A stretch of 64,000 nt of DNA, taken from Paraphysomonas bandaiensis. Lineage: Eukaryota; Protista; Chrysophyceae. Below, piece by piece: positions 1-11,440 of this stretch. Made by a program: the position numbers and the translations under genes. Where the stretch lies: contig CBFFRP010000152.1 of NCBI GenBank assembly GCA_965644295.1, positions 124,001 through 188,000 of the forward strand. Direction: 5' to 3'. The notes below the pieces were generated by a model. It did not search any database, was not told where the DNA came from, and was given only the letters and a program-made list of their open reading frames with translations. How positions within the stretch are numbered: position 1 is the stretch's first letter; the number at the start of each line of letters is the position of its first letter.

Positions 1-3000
1 TATCGCAACAAAGACGAAGACCACGCTTAAGGTATGCCCCGCTCATTTGTGGTGATATTTGCTAATGCGGCCATGCAGCAACTCTGTGGCTTTTCGTCGG
101 TGGGATCTGGTGGTGGCGACGATATTGAGGGCCTTTTTCCTAAGGACGGACGAAGGTTCTACTGTACTAGTTCCAACGACTCTGGTGGTGATATCACGCG
201 CGGGGCAGTCGGCGACGTCATGACGAACAAATCTTCCCAAAAACGCTCTCTTCGTGCTGTGAAAGATTGTATTGATCACTTGCAGGTGACCTTTATATAT
301 TTAATACGTGTAATTGTGATATATTTTGTATAGATGTTATCATTCCAAGAAGGGAGGGCAAAGGACGCACTGGTGAAAGTCATTGAGTTGAAGAATGAGA
401 TTGCAGAGATGGACGACGAGGTATATGATGCCGTTGTGTGCAATATTTCTATATGATGTACAACTGTGCCTTAATTAATCGTCGCTTATACAGTTGGATT
501 TGCATGAAAGTGAAAAGCCGACATCTTCGTCCCCTCATGCTCTCGTGTATGACATTGTGTGGGGAGCCAACAGCGTCCCTGTGCCGTCAACAGACCATAG
601 TGGGAAGTTTGTTTTTTGCCGCAACGGGTCGTGTTACAAGGAGTTTAACCCGCATCCGAAGGATGATAGTACGACTTTAGATGAAGCCACCACTTCACTG
701 GAGATGTCAATGCAGCAACAACAGGAGACAGCTGGATTGAAAGATTTGATTTTCACACTTAAGCTGGCAGGAGTATCGTCTGACCCCGCAGACACAACTC
801 CCCCGGTGGTCTATCTCAAGGAGTTCACGGTTGGGGAGTTGTCACCTTTGCTTGCCCAGCTCCAGGCAGGTACATTACGTGTGCACTCAATTAAAGACAG
901 ATTTTCCTCAGATTGGTTCGGCTCACATACTGCGGTCCTGGATGCTGTGTCGTCTCTCCCCGAGTCATCGTCACGTGATAGCATTTCCAAACCTGAGCAA
1001 AGAGATTCTATCTTCGACCAAATTTCAGCCGCCCTGAGTCAGCCATTTCTACGATTTGACTCAGATATATCAGGTGTCGATGACACAACAACATCTTCAT
1101 TTCCTGTTGGTTGTGGTCTCTTGTGGGATGAAAGAGCTATGGTGAGTCCATCGTATGCAACAGTGAGTTATATTCGTGTAACTCCAACGTAGATGTCATA
1201 TGGCCTCTGTGACCCATCGGGATGCCTTATTCCTGTAGGTATTAGCGGCTGCGTCGGCGTCTTCGCTAGTAGCTCGTCCTATCAGAACATTCTCTGTGCG
1301 CTGTCGTTGCGAGACTACATAAGCACCGAGATAGGAACTCATCTCCCCGTTGTAGTACGTATCTGTGCTTGTTTCCAGCTAAGAATATGACTATTATTCT
1401 TGTAGGTATACCTGTCATCGAGTAAATCTTTCATAGGCATGAACGTACTGCAACAGCACTGTGTGGTGAGAGACTTCCTCCGTGATTGTACTCCACATCG
1501 ATGCACATGCAGTGCACCGTGCAATTACCCTGCCATTCCGCCAGATTGTCCGCCGGGTATGCGACTCACGATTGAGAACTACTACAATTTGAAAGCATCA
1601 GAGAAAGCGCGCATACATGGGGCATGGTCAACCAATTATTCCTTTCTCAAAGAATTATACCCCACATCTTTACCTTTTGAAGTGAAAGAGGTTGCCAAGC
1701 ATCTACTCTACGGCCTTTCGGAGGCCGTTGCGTCAGCTAATGTCAGGGCGGTATGTTTCACAAAATTCTAAGTATGATGAATTGATTTGTCCGCAATCAG
1801 GCGAAAGAAATTGTAGGTTCTGCTACGTTTTGTTTAATAAAGGTTTGCGCTATATATCACTGACGTAATACTTATTCTGTGGTGTGTGAACAGGCCCCTG
1901 AGTTGCGATCACTGGGTAAGTTTGACATAGAGAGCGAAGTACAACCCGATTGCGGCACTTCAACGAAAGAGGGACCTGTCGCCCCCCTGGAAGATTTTGT
2001 GCAACATGTATCGTCGTTGGTGGTTAAATATGAGTCACCAGTCTCAATGCCTGTACCTCACGCGGAGCTCATGGTGCCCTTGGGGGCAGTGCGAATAGTT
2101 TTAGCTGCTGTCAACAAGCAGACCAATGAGAGAGTGGATGAAGCCTGCATTGCCTTGGCAAGGTGGATTGATCTGAGCAGTTCTGTTGCTTTCCGTATAT
2201 TCGGTTCAGTTCACACACCTGTGGCTGAGGTGGCATCAGCCTCTACATCTGATATCGGTGATAGCATAACTGCCTCCAGAGTTTTTGAGAATGAACCGTC
2301 GCATGACCCGAAGATGCCCCCTTTAGCTCCCGTAGGAGTAGGAGATAAAAAAAGGTCCTTGGAGAGTATCATGCGACGTCGAATTCCTCTTCTCGGTAGT
2401 GTGACTGTATCTTGTCGGACGGAGCTGTATCATGACCTCATGAGTGCGCAGATAAGTGCCACCGAAGGACGAGCATACAACGAGACCATCTTCAACAGCG
2501 ACTTGGATTCTGGGGGCACATACCCGACTAGAAGAAGTCGCGAGTTTACCAGACAGTCGACAACACGAGCAAGTGAATATAATTTTAAACCTGACGAACA
2601 AATTGATTTGCTGCTGCATCTCTGTAGACATATGTGTACACTTGCGGTTGACTGTGATAAGAAATCATCGTCCCGAGGATCTGCTAGTCTTCAATCAGTG
2701 AGGAATGAGCTTCGGTTCCATGTGCTCCAATATCTTCTTGGTTTAGATGAGCGATGGAGTTTTGACCACACGGCTGAAGTCTGTATGTTTGTCCTGGAGA
2801 GAGTAGAGGAGTATAGATCCATCGTGCATTCGTCGCCCGAATGTCGGGGTGATATACTTTTTAACTTTGGACCCTTCAATCTAATAGGTCGCGCGAGTAA
2901 GCTCTTAAATCAATCATCTGTTAATGTTATTGCTCGAGGATTCCCGGCAAGTGTATTGGGACTGAACTGCAATATCAGGTACTCTCTGGACGAGGATGGG

Positions 3001-3448
3001 GCTACGCTGATGTCTCTAAATAACGCCATTCAATCAAAATCGTATAAGGCATGTATGCTGGTGATACAGGATACTATGGGTCATGTATTTGGGGGATTTA
3101 TTAATGGAGAATTTCAGACACAAAGTAAACAGTACTTTGGCTCTGGTGACAGTTTTGTGTTTAGGGCACTTCCAAGTACGAAGATTTACCCATGGACACA
3201 CAGGTAAGTTATATCTTTTGTTGTACACTATCTTAAAATGTGGCAGAAATGATTTTTTTGCGTATTTTTCGAATACGAATATCGGTATGGGAGGAGGGGG
3301 GGCGGGATTCGCATTTATGCTCAACGAAGATATGTCACAAGGAACAAGTGCTATGTCTGATACCTATGGTAACAGTGTTTTAAGTTTTACAGAACAATTT
3401 TCATGTGTTCAATTTGAGTTTTGGACATTTGAGGATGCTTTGACTTGA
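1..3448 (+). CDS. Multi-exon gene, 5' end outside the window, encoding a large protein with a C-terminal TLDc domain (OXR1/NCOA7/TLDC family domain)
   Basis: ORFs 34-333, 494-1192, 1193-1390, 1439-1771, 1879-3207 and 3083-3448 can be joined through short GT-AG introns (e.g. 3204-3246, giving ...PWTHR/NDFF...). The C-terminus has TLDc hallmarks: YSLDEDGATL, LVIQDTMGHVFGGF, YFGSGDSFVF, IGMGGGGAGFAFMLNEDM, GTSAMSDTYGN, EFWTF. Confidence 0.8.
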
Positions 3449-3869
3449 TGATAGTGTTGATTGTGTTTGTATTGTATTTTCGTTGCTTTGCTGCAATTAC
3501 TTTGAATCATTACAGAATGAAGGTTTTATTAAGCTTTGTATTGTCATACTTGCAGTGCAAGTTCAATGATATATACGATTAAGGTTAGACTATATGTAAC
3601 TATATACAAATGCGTTAGTGCGAATTAAGAATATTGAGATAGTAAATAATTAAGCTGATAGGAAATAATGAGAATTTTAGATTTCTCCTCGTTTCGTTTG
3701 AAAAGTTCCTTTTTTCACATGTTGTTGGTTCAATTGAACACTCATACCTACTATATCAACATTTGACCTCATCAACTGAACTCGAAATCACAAAGTAATT
3801 AATTATATTCAGCATGTTTCATCATTCATTGATATTCGCTACAAATTCTCTCTGTGATCTAGCTTAAAA

Positions 3870-4340
3870 TGAGCAATTCCAACATGGTAGCGAGGGAGGA
3901 GAAGAGAAGGAGGATAGAGGAGTAGTTCCACAGTTAAATGAGAATAATGTTGAGCAATGGATTGAGAATTTCGAAACATTCCTCATGAGGAAAGAGCAAA
4001 GTGAAGTTGCGGTGGAGCCACCACCGAAGGAAAGCGACTTCGGGGAACAGCCACTCACGTTAATGGAGGAGAAGTCTTACAGACAGGCTGTGAAGAAGTA
4101 CTGGAAGGTGAATGCCACAGGGTATTCGTACTGCAGGGAGGCAGTGCAATCATCTTCGAAGGCGCTCCAGAAATTCCATCTTTTACATAAAGGGTTCAAG
4201 GCGGATGGAAGAGGAAGCAACAGGTTTAAGGCGCATATTATGATTTATGAGTTGAAGAAATGCTTTGCTGGAGGGAAGCAGTACAAAGATCAGCGAGCGA
4301 TTAACTCAGTATGGCTCTTTCCGTATGCGTCCGGAGGAGA
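3870..4340 (+). pseudogene. Degenerate Ty1/copia-like gag N-terminal fragment
   Basis: The reading frame of ORF 3985-4398 extends upstream as VPQLNENNVEQWIENFETFLMRK...KKYWKVNATGYSY, resembling copia gag N-termini (PxLxxxNYxxW...W...N..A). It is frameshifted from the ATG at 3869 and truncated by the foldback at 4379. Confidence 0.45.
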
Positions 4341-4869
4341 CTGCGAAGGACTATATAATACTTTTATATATTTTATAAAAGTTATATTTTATTTCTAAGG
4401 CATAAATGGATGAAGTTGGAGAAAAATTGAACGAATATGTAGTGCAACCACTATCCTAATAAAAGGCTTCGTTGCCTTTGGCGCAACCACAGTCGGTGAA
4501 GCATAGGGATTCATACTCTTTAGTTCTTCGTGATGGTGGTGCCCCTGCACAAGAAGTGAAAAGTTAAATGATATATCAGAAGCATAAAAGCAGACATTTT
4601 TCACGACTTTACTCCGCTTGGGTTTCTTGTAAGTGATCTTCTCGGTCAGTTCCTACGCTTTCTTCGTGGCACGGGCCTTCTTGCAGCTTACACCCACCTT
4701 CTTCGGCACCACTAAACTGTTGCGTGCAGAGGCCTTGGTTCTCCGGCCAGCCCCCTTTCGTTTATTAATCCTAGAGGGTTCCAGGTTCAAGTCATCCGGT
4801 TCAAAAACTAGCGACCCCGAATCATCCTGGTTAGGTCCTCTTTCCGGATCATAGGTAAAGCCTTGGACT

Positions 4870-5541
4870 TTAAACCAATGGCTCAAGGAAGATATATATC
4901 ACTCTATCGTGGTCCTCAAACTCCAGAGGAATATATTGGTAATCACTCCTGAACTTCGTGATCCCCGGTAAGCGGAACCACTGTTCCATTGTGCCATCTG
5001 CTAACGGTAGCAGCATGATGTCGTACCGTGGGTAGACGCACTTGGTCCGGAGTGAGCATCCCACATAAAACCTCTGGCCTCTCATGTCTTCGACGACGGC
5101 ACGACCTATGGCCAACCTATTCAACCTCGTGTTGAAATGAGCAGACAATACTATATAGTTATATAGTGACCCGCACTTATCATAGACCTCTAAGTCAATG
5201 TAAAATTTAAGTGGGGTGTTGTTAGGATCACTCCTAAACGTCTTGTGGACATAAAACTGCCCACATCCAGCTAGCAGGATAATAGATATTGACTCTGACG
5301 GGGATTTAAAAAATGTAGTAATAGTCGATAGATAATCGACTGTGATCTCGTTACCATTTCCGTCTGTAGAATCAATTGTATCATCAGCAACATTAGTTGT
5401 ATAATCAGCCACATCAACATCAGCAACAACATAGGTGGCATCGTCAGCCACATCAGCATCAGCCACAACATAAGTGGCATGATCAGCCACATCCGCACCA
5501 GCATAACTGGCATCATCAGTCAAATCAGTGGGGTCAGTCAC
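4870..5541 (-). CDS. Orphan ORF (223 aa) in the left foldback arm, with N-terminal ADVADDATYVV-type repeats; probably TE-associated
   Basis: Open frame in the ORF track. An almost identical copy lies at 5528-6181 (+) and a diverged copy at about 9300-9680 (-), which conserves HFNxRLxxLAIxRAVVEDxRGQRFYVGC. Confidence 0.4.
   Translation of the reverse strand: MTDPTDLTDDASYAGADVADHATYVVADADVADDATYVVADVDVADYTTNVADDTIDSTDGNGNEITVDYLSTITTFFKSPSESISIILLAGCGQFYVHKTFRSDPNNTPLKFYIDLEVYDKCGSLYNYIVLSAHFNTRLNRLAIGRAVVEDMRGQRFYVGCSLRTKCVYPRYDIMLLPLADGTMEQWFRLPGITKFRSDYQYIPLEFEDHDRVIYIFLEPLV
5375..5540 (-). repeat. Degenerate in-frame minisatellite encoding Asp/Ala/Val-rich repeats (ADVADDATYVV)
   Basis: Repeated gtggcatc..tcagccacatc units. 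The translation reads DDASYAGADVADHATYVVADADVADDATYVVADVDVADYTT. Confidence 0.8.
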
Positions 5542-6181
5542 AGTTGGGGAGGTGACATTTGAGAAACTTCAGAAACCTCATGTTGTGGCTGATGCTGATG
5601 TGGCTGACGATGCCACCTATGTTGTTGCTGATGTTGATGTGGCTGATTATACAACTAATGTTGCTGATGATACAATTGATTCTACAGACGGAAATGGTAA
5701 CGAGACCACAGTCGATTATCTATCGACTATTACTACATTTTTTAAATCCCCGTCAGAGTCAATATCTATTATCCTGCTAGCTGGATGTGGGCAGTTTTAT
5801 GTCCACAAGACGTTTAGGAGTGATCCTAACAACACCCCACTTAAATTTTACATTGACTTAGAGGTCTATGATAAGTGCGGGTCACTATATAACTATATAG
5901 TATTGTCTGCTCATTTCAACACGAGGTTGAATAGGTTGGCCATAGGTCGTGCCGTCGTCGAAGACATGAGAGGCCAGAGGTTTTATGTGGGATGCTCACT
6001 CCGGACCAAGTGCGTCTACCCACGGTACGACATCATGCTGCTACCGTTAGCAGATGGCACAATGGAACAGTGGTTCCGCTTACCGGGGATCACGAAGTTC
6101 AGGAGTGATTACCAATATATTCCTCTGGAGTTTGAGGACCACGATAGAGTGATATATATCTTCCTTGAGCCATTGGTTTAA
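5528..6181 (+). CDS. Mirror copy of the orphan ORF in the right foldback arm (217 aa)
   Basis: Same translation as 4870-5541 apart from the N-terminus and one residue. Confidence 0.35.
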   Translation: MGSVTVGEVTFEKLQKPHVVADADVADDATYVVADVDVADYTTNVADDTIDSTDGNGNETTVDYLSTITTFFKSPSESISIILLAGCGQFYVHKTFRSDPNNTPLKFYIDLEVYDKCGSLYNYIVLSAHFNTRLNRLAIGRAVVEDMRGQRFYVGCSLRTKCVYPRYDIMLLPLADGTMEQWFRLPGITKFRSDYQYIPLEFEDHDRVIYIFLEPLV

Positions 6182-6696
6182 AGTCCAAGGCTTTACCTAT
6201 GATCCGGAAAGAGGACCTAACCAGGATGATTCGGGGTCGCTAGTTTTTGAACCGGATGACTTGAACCTGGAACCCTCTAGGATTAATAAACGAAAGGGGG
6301 CTGGCCGGAGAACCAAGGCCTCTGCACGCAACAGTTTAGTGGTGCCGAAGAAGGTGGGTGTAAGCTGCAAGAAGGCCCGTGCCACGAAGAAAGCGTAGGA
6401 ACTGACCGAGAAGATCACTTACAAGAAACCCAAGCGGAGTAAAGTCGTGAAAAATGTCTGCTTTTATGCTTCTGATATATCATTTAACTTTTCACTTCTT
6501 GTGCAGGGGCACCACCATCACGAAGAACTAAAGAGTATGAATCCCTATGCTTCACCGACTGTGGTTGCGCCAAAGGCAACGAAGCCTTTTATTAGGATAG
6601 TGGTTGCACTACATATTCGTTCAATTTTTCTCCAACTTCATCCATTTATGCCTTAGAAATAAAATATAACTTCCGAATTCAAAATATATATACTGA

Positions 6697-7914
6697 ACAT
6701 TGACTATCCAGCTGAGATCCTCAAAGACGTCTCTGCGTTCTTCGCGCTCACTGCAATCGTAGACCAAGGCACGCAACAAGTGTCGGACAACTTCCCCAAT
6801 AATACGCTCACAACCGTTTCAGCGTGACGGTTGGCAATGCTGAAAGTATGCCGGACACCCATATATTCGGTTAACTGTTTGAATAAATCGGAAGACAAGT
6901 TTAGTTCAAGGAGGCTGATAAGCATAGGGATTCATACTCTTTAGATTGCTTCTCATTCTCATCTGACTCTTGTTCCTCCAAGATTGCCCAACTCATAACA
7001 TTCAGATGTGTCTTTGTTTAAAAATTGAACCTGCCTTTGAACTGTTTATACTTCTCAGAAAGCTCTTTTGTTATTTTATTCTCAAGTGTTCAAAAAACTC
7101 TTCTAGGAAAACTTCTACTGAATTAAAATTCTCTGTTCTCAACAACCTCTTACTGGTATCTCTCATACATGGTGGTATCAAACTCATCCAAACTTCCAAT
7201 CAACCCCCTCTCTTAGTCGTAATGGGAGGTATACTTAAGTCAACAAGTGGTTCACCTTTGCTGCATCCACTAAGAAATCATATCTCTGGATAAACTTATT
7301 TCCTCGTCAGCTTTCCTGAAGTCTTCCAACCTTTCCATAGTGGCTTTGTATGCCTTGCATGCCTTATACAATAACTTGTTGAATGCCGTCACATCTAACA
7401 GTTTGAACAAATGTTTAACTGCCTCAAAAATATGAGTGATCCTGGCGTCTGTACATTCCAGTTATGTGGGAAACTCCGTTGGATTCATGCACCTTAATGT
7501 ATGCCGAACCATATCCCATGCTCGGTCAAGTAAACTGAACACTGAAGGAAATGGTCTGTCTTCATTCCACTTCTCATATTAAGCAATCTTTTCCATGAAT
7601 ATATCATAAACCCATATAAAGTGATTTTACTTAATTGAATTAAATATGATGTATCCTGCTGCGTCAAAACAACCTGACTAGTCCTCTGCTTATCAGCCTC
7701 CTTGAACTAAACTTGACTTCCGATTTATTCAAACAGTTAACCGAATATATGGGTGTCCGGCATACTTTCAGCATTGCCAACCGTCACGCTGAAACGGTTG
7801 TGAGCGTATTATTGGGGAAGTTGTCCGACACTTGTTGCGTGCCTTGGTCTACGATTGCAGTGAGCGCGAAGAACGCAGAGACGTCTTTGAGGATCTCAGC
7901 TGGATAGTCAATGT
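6697..7914. repeat. Second inverted pair: 6697-6924 versus 7687-7914 (about 228 bp, integrase-derived)
   Basis: ORFs 6704-6925 (-) and 7713-7907 (+) translate near-identically and their coordinates sum to 14611. Confidence 0.93.
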
Positions 7915-8215
7915 CCAGAGTATATTTTGTATTCTTCGGAAGTTTCATCAGAAACAGGATATTGTTTTTCGAGTTAACTTTTGGTTCCAATGACCTCGAT
8001 TATCTGACCATGGACATCAAAGGGTTACCAGAAAAAGCACATGTTCGCCTTACTTCTCTCAACGACCATTTAGCGAAACTTCGTTAGGCTTCCAAAGCCT
8101 ATCAGCAAAACCTGGCCAGCGGAAGAGCCAGTGAGGGTGTTCATCCTGACAGACGAAACAGATATCAACCAAGCGACTTTGTATTGTTATATTCCTTCTT
8201 CGAGGTTGATATTCA
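7687..8215 (+). pseudogene. Frameshifted retroviral-type (gypsy-like) integrase core fragment
   Basis: Across frameshifts it reads LTSDLFKQLTEYMGVRHTFSIANRHA/NGCERIIGEVVRHL...FELTFG...LNDHLAKLR*ASKAYQ...RYQPSDFVLL. This matches the rve catalytic-Glu helix (NGxxER), the PFELxFG-like motif and the downstream YxPGDxVL motif. Confidence 0.65.
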
Positions 8216-8333
8216 CTAGTATGATACAGCAAACCAAGTTACTAAGTGTATAGAAATATACATAAATTCTAGTCACAACCGTTCTCATGTAATAATTCTT
8301 ACAACATGATAACCGATGATTCTCAACTTTCAT

Positions 8334-8780
8334 CAGTGACTGGTATAATTGATGGTAAATTAGAAGAGCATTACGAACACACAAAATATACAGAATATGT
8401 AAAAGTCTCCCTCGACTCTTGCACAGCAGAACGAGTTGCACGCATCTAACTTTTCAGCAGTAGGTGGTCCTGAACCATTGTACATAAACTAATTATAACA
8501 GTATATTGATCCAGATATCTGCTGCAGACGAAAATCGAAGATGCAATTCAGCAGGCTGTCTTGAACGCAACACAGATTTTGACAGAGGAATATCAACCTC
8601 GAAGAAGGAACATAACAATACGAAGTCACCAGGCAGTGACTGGTATAATTGATAATAAATTAGAAGAGCATAACACACCCAATACAGAACATGTAAACGT
8701 CTCCCTCGACTCTTGCACAGCAGAACGAGTCGCATGCATCTAACGTTTTTAGCAGGTGGTCCTCTGAACCATCGTACTTA
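8334..8780. repeat. Diverged direct repeat (about 150 bp; 8334-~8485 and 8634-~8780)
   Basis: Both copies share cagtgactggtataattgat...aaattagaagagcat...gtctccctcgactcttgcacagcagaacgagt...catctaac. Confidence 0.85.
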
Positions 8781-9099
8781 ATTTTTTTATGAGTATCATG
8801 CATGACATCACCAAAATGAGCAGCCTGAGGTGCAGGAGGCCCGGCAGTATCACGAAAAGCATCAAGAGGGATAGTAGGAGGCACAGGAATTATAGGAGGT
8901 ACATGCGGTTTGGAAACGTCAACAATAGGCGGCTGCGCGCAGGAAGGGCATGCTGTACTGGTGATGAGGCCACGTCTTTGCTAGATTTGATTTACTTCAA
9001 AGTTGTTCTCTCATATTCTTACATCCTGGGGGACTCTTTCAGTTGCTGCATAAACACTTGGATCACAGCATTCTAGTGGAGAGGAGGGGTGGATGACGA

Positions 9100-9890
9100 T
9101 TACCCCCATCCTCGATCGTGATTACTTCTTTTTGGCGCAGGCCTTCTTGCGCATATAAGGCTTGGTTCTCCGGCCAATCTCCTTCCGTTTACCCTCAGAG
9201 GGTTCGAGGTCCCAGTCATCCGGTTCAGCAATGAGCGACCCCGTCTCATTCTTGTTTGGTCCTTTTTCCGGGGTATAGTAGTAGGTGAAGAAGCCAAGGA
9301 TTTAAACCAGTGGCTCAAGGAAGATATCAGTCCACCGTGGTCCTCAAACACCAGAGGAATATATCACACACAAGAAGGGGGCAGGACAGGACACACTAGA
9401 AGGGTATCTTTTCTTCAACTTCGGGATCCCCTGTATGCGGAACCACTGCTCCATTGTGTCATCAACAAACGTAGCAGTAAGACATCGTACTTGGATACCA
9501 GATCGTGGGGAGACGCACTTGCGGTCTGCAGTAAGCAGCCAACATAGAACCTCTGGCCTCTACAGTCTTCGACGACAGCACGACTTATGGCCAGGTTATC
9601 CAATCTCCAGTTGAAGTGGGCAAACAACATTCTAATATAGTTATATATATAATTACCGGTACTCGGTACCCCGAGGTCATATAAATAATAATGTTTCATA
9701 CACGACTTGAAAATGGACAAAACAAGAATGAGACGGGGTCGCTCATTGCTGAACCGGATGACTGGGACCTCGAACCCTCTGAGGGTAAACGGAAGGGGAT
9801 TGGCCGGAGAACCAAGGCTTATACGGACAACAGGATAGTGGCGCCGAAGGTGTGTGGACGCCGCAAGAAGGCCTGCGCTGCGTGTCTGTA
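9100..9890. mobile_element. Diverged second copy of the foldback-family sequence, itself with inverted arms (9154-9257 vs 9720-9823)
   Basis: ORF 9415-9903 (-) contains LFAHFNWRLDNLAISRAVVEDCRGQRFYVGC. The arm ORF EPDDWDLEPSEGKRKGIGRRTKA matches EPDDLNLEPSRINKRKGAGRRTKA of the large foldback. Confidence 0.7.
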
Positions 9891-9909
9891 ATATATATGT
9901 CATGTATAT

Positions 9910-10500
9910 GAGTCACCCTGAATATCTCATTATCAACGTTGACGACATATTGTTATCGCATGTGCTGATCTGACCATTATGACAGATTAATAAACGGTTA
10001 CCTTAAAGAGTTGACACGTCCGACATGGGAGAGTTGGAACATTTACTCAATGTTCGAGTTACCGCCAGAGCCAAGAGTTTCACCCAACTCGATCAGTCAA
10101 CTACACAGAAAAGATTCTTACGAATTAGGAGGAGTTCCTTGGTCCAACAAACAAAACCAGGAAATCTTCTACGAACAGATGCCTCGGAATTTATCCAAGC
10201 CCCTGCAGAAGAGGGAGTAAAGACTTATCCGTAACCGTAGTTTACTGGGTGTCGTATGGTATGTATCCACGAATACACATCCTGACATTGAATACTGCTA
10301 AGCCAACCCTGACTGCATGAGAACTCATGGCTCACTTCTTACAATATGTCAAGGGGGACGCTCAAGAGTGGAATCCGGTACATCGGATCTAACTTAGATA
10401 TTCATATTTACGGATGCAGATTGGGAAGCTGATGTCGTGTCACCCCTTTTCACGACTGGATAATACATTGTGCTTAAATTGCTGAGGCTGGACCACCCCC
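9910..10500 (+). pseudogene. Degenerate Ty1/copia reverse transcriptase / RNase H fragment
   Basis: Across frameshifts it reads IINVDDILL (YVDD motif, about 9929), SDMGELEHLLNVRV...LDQS (MxDLGxxxxFLG motif), HFLQYVKGT..SGIRY, and TDADWEAD...FTTG (start of RNase H, YxDADW..D...STTG). Confidence 0.75.
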
Positions 10501-11440
10501 CTGGTAGTCTATCTAGACCTCATCCAGAATGAGTATCAGGCTGGGTCAGAAGTGGTATTTGCCAACGTTCTCTTTGGTAAGAGTATCCCTCCAATAAGGG
10601 ATCAGGAATGCAACGAGGATCTGGAGACCCGAACAACTGTTGCAGAGTTCAGTCATCTTGTCGGCTCATATCATGTGGATTAGGACTTTTCTTCTATGAA
10701 ACCACTAGTAGAGTAATGGTTCAATAATGTTTGATTGTATCCTTTAGGGCACTTGTGACTCCAATACATGTTGCTGATGTAGACAGTACAAAAATCATGG
10801 CGAAGGGGCAGGTGGTGAACCATTGACGTCAGCTGTGGGAGCTAAATGGTTTCAATTTTTTTGCATTAGTCATACCTTCAGTTTCTTTGTCCAGATGATC
10901 ACTACAAACGGATTGAATCTTGGAAGCTGTTTCAAATCTGAACTATCACCCAGTAGCCAGTCCATATCCGAATAATAGGTATAGGTTTATGATATGAAAT
11001 ATCATAGCTTGGGATAAGGAGAACTATCCCTCGTCGAAATTAAAAGATATGGACTTTTCACCCTCGCTTAAGAATATAACCTTTGTAAAGCCCTCACTCT
11101 TCATCTGCCATTTCGCCAAACTTTTGAATAGAAGAGGGTACAGATGTACAGATTCATGGTGTCATTCAAGTGTCTGATGGGACAGAGTCGGTTGCATCCA
11201 AACTGATTTAGAATCCATCCGCTACTCACTAACAATGAAGATGAAATCAATATATATCGCTTTCTGTTTAAATCTTAAAAAAGCTTACAGAATCGTTCAC
11301 ACGGTTATACATATTATATATTGCAATATATTAGTTAAGATTGACCCTCGTGCTGCAGCTAAATTACTAGGTATAGTGGAAATAAAGAGAGCTGGAATGA
11401 CTTGCACGCATAGAATTAACGAATACTCAAATACTGACAG

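Larger units (their letters stand above)
4379..6672. repeat. Near-perfect long inverted repeat (foldback): arms 4379-5471 and 5580-6672 (1093 bp each), 108-bp spacer
   Basis: Mirror-image ORF pairs have coordinates summing to 11051 (4870/6181, 4395/6656, 4653/6398). Their translations are identical over the shared arm except NEIT vs NETT. Arm ends were checked by eye. Confidence 0.97.

Noticed and set aside
3720-3765. LTR end (TG...TCAACA) upstream of the copia gag fragment
   Set aside because: No second LTR copy was found in the window and no primer-binding site was recognisable.
6945-7680. Possible gag-like pseudogene on the minus strand
   Set aside because: It looks like decayed coding sequence with several stops, but no diagnostic motif allowed assignment.
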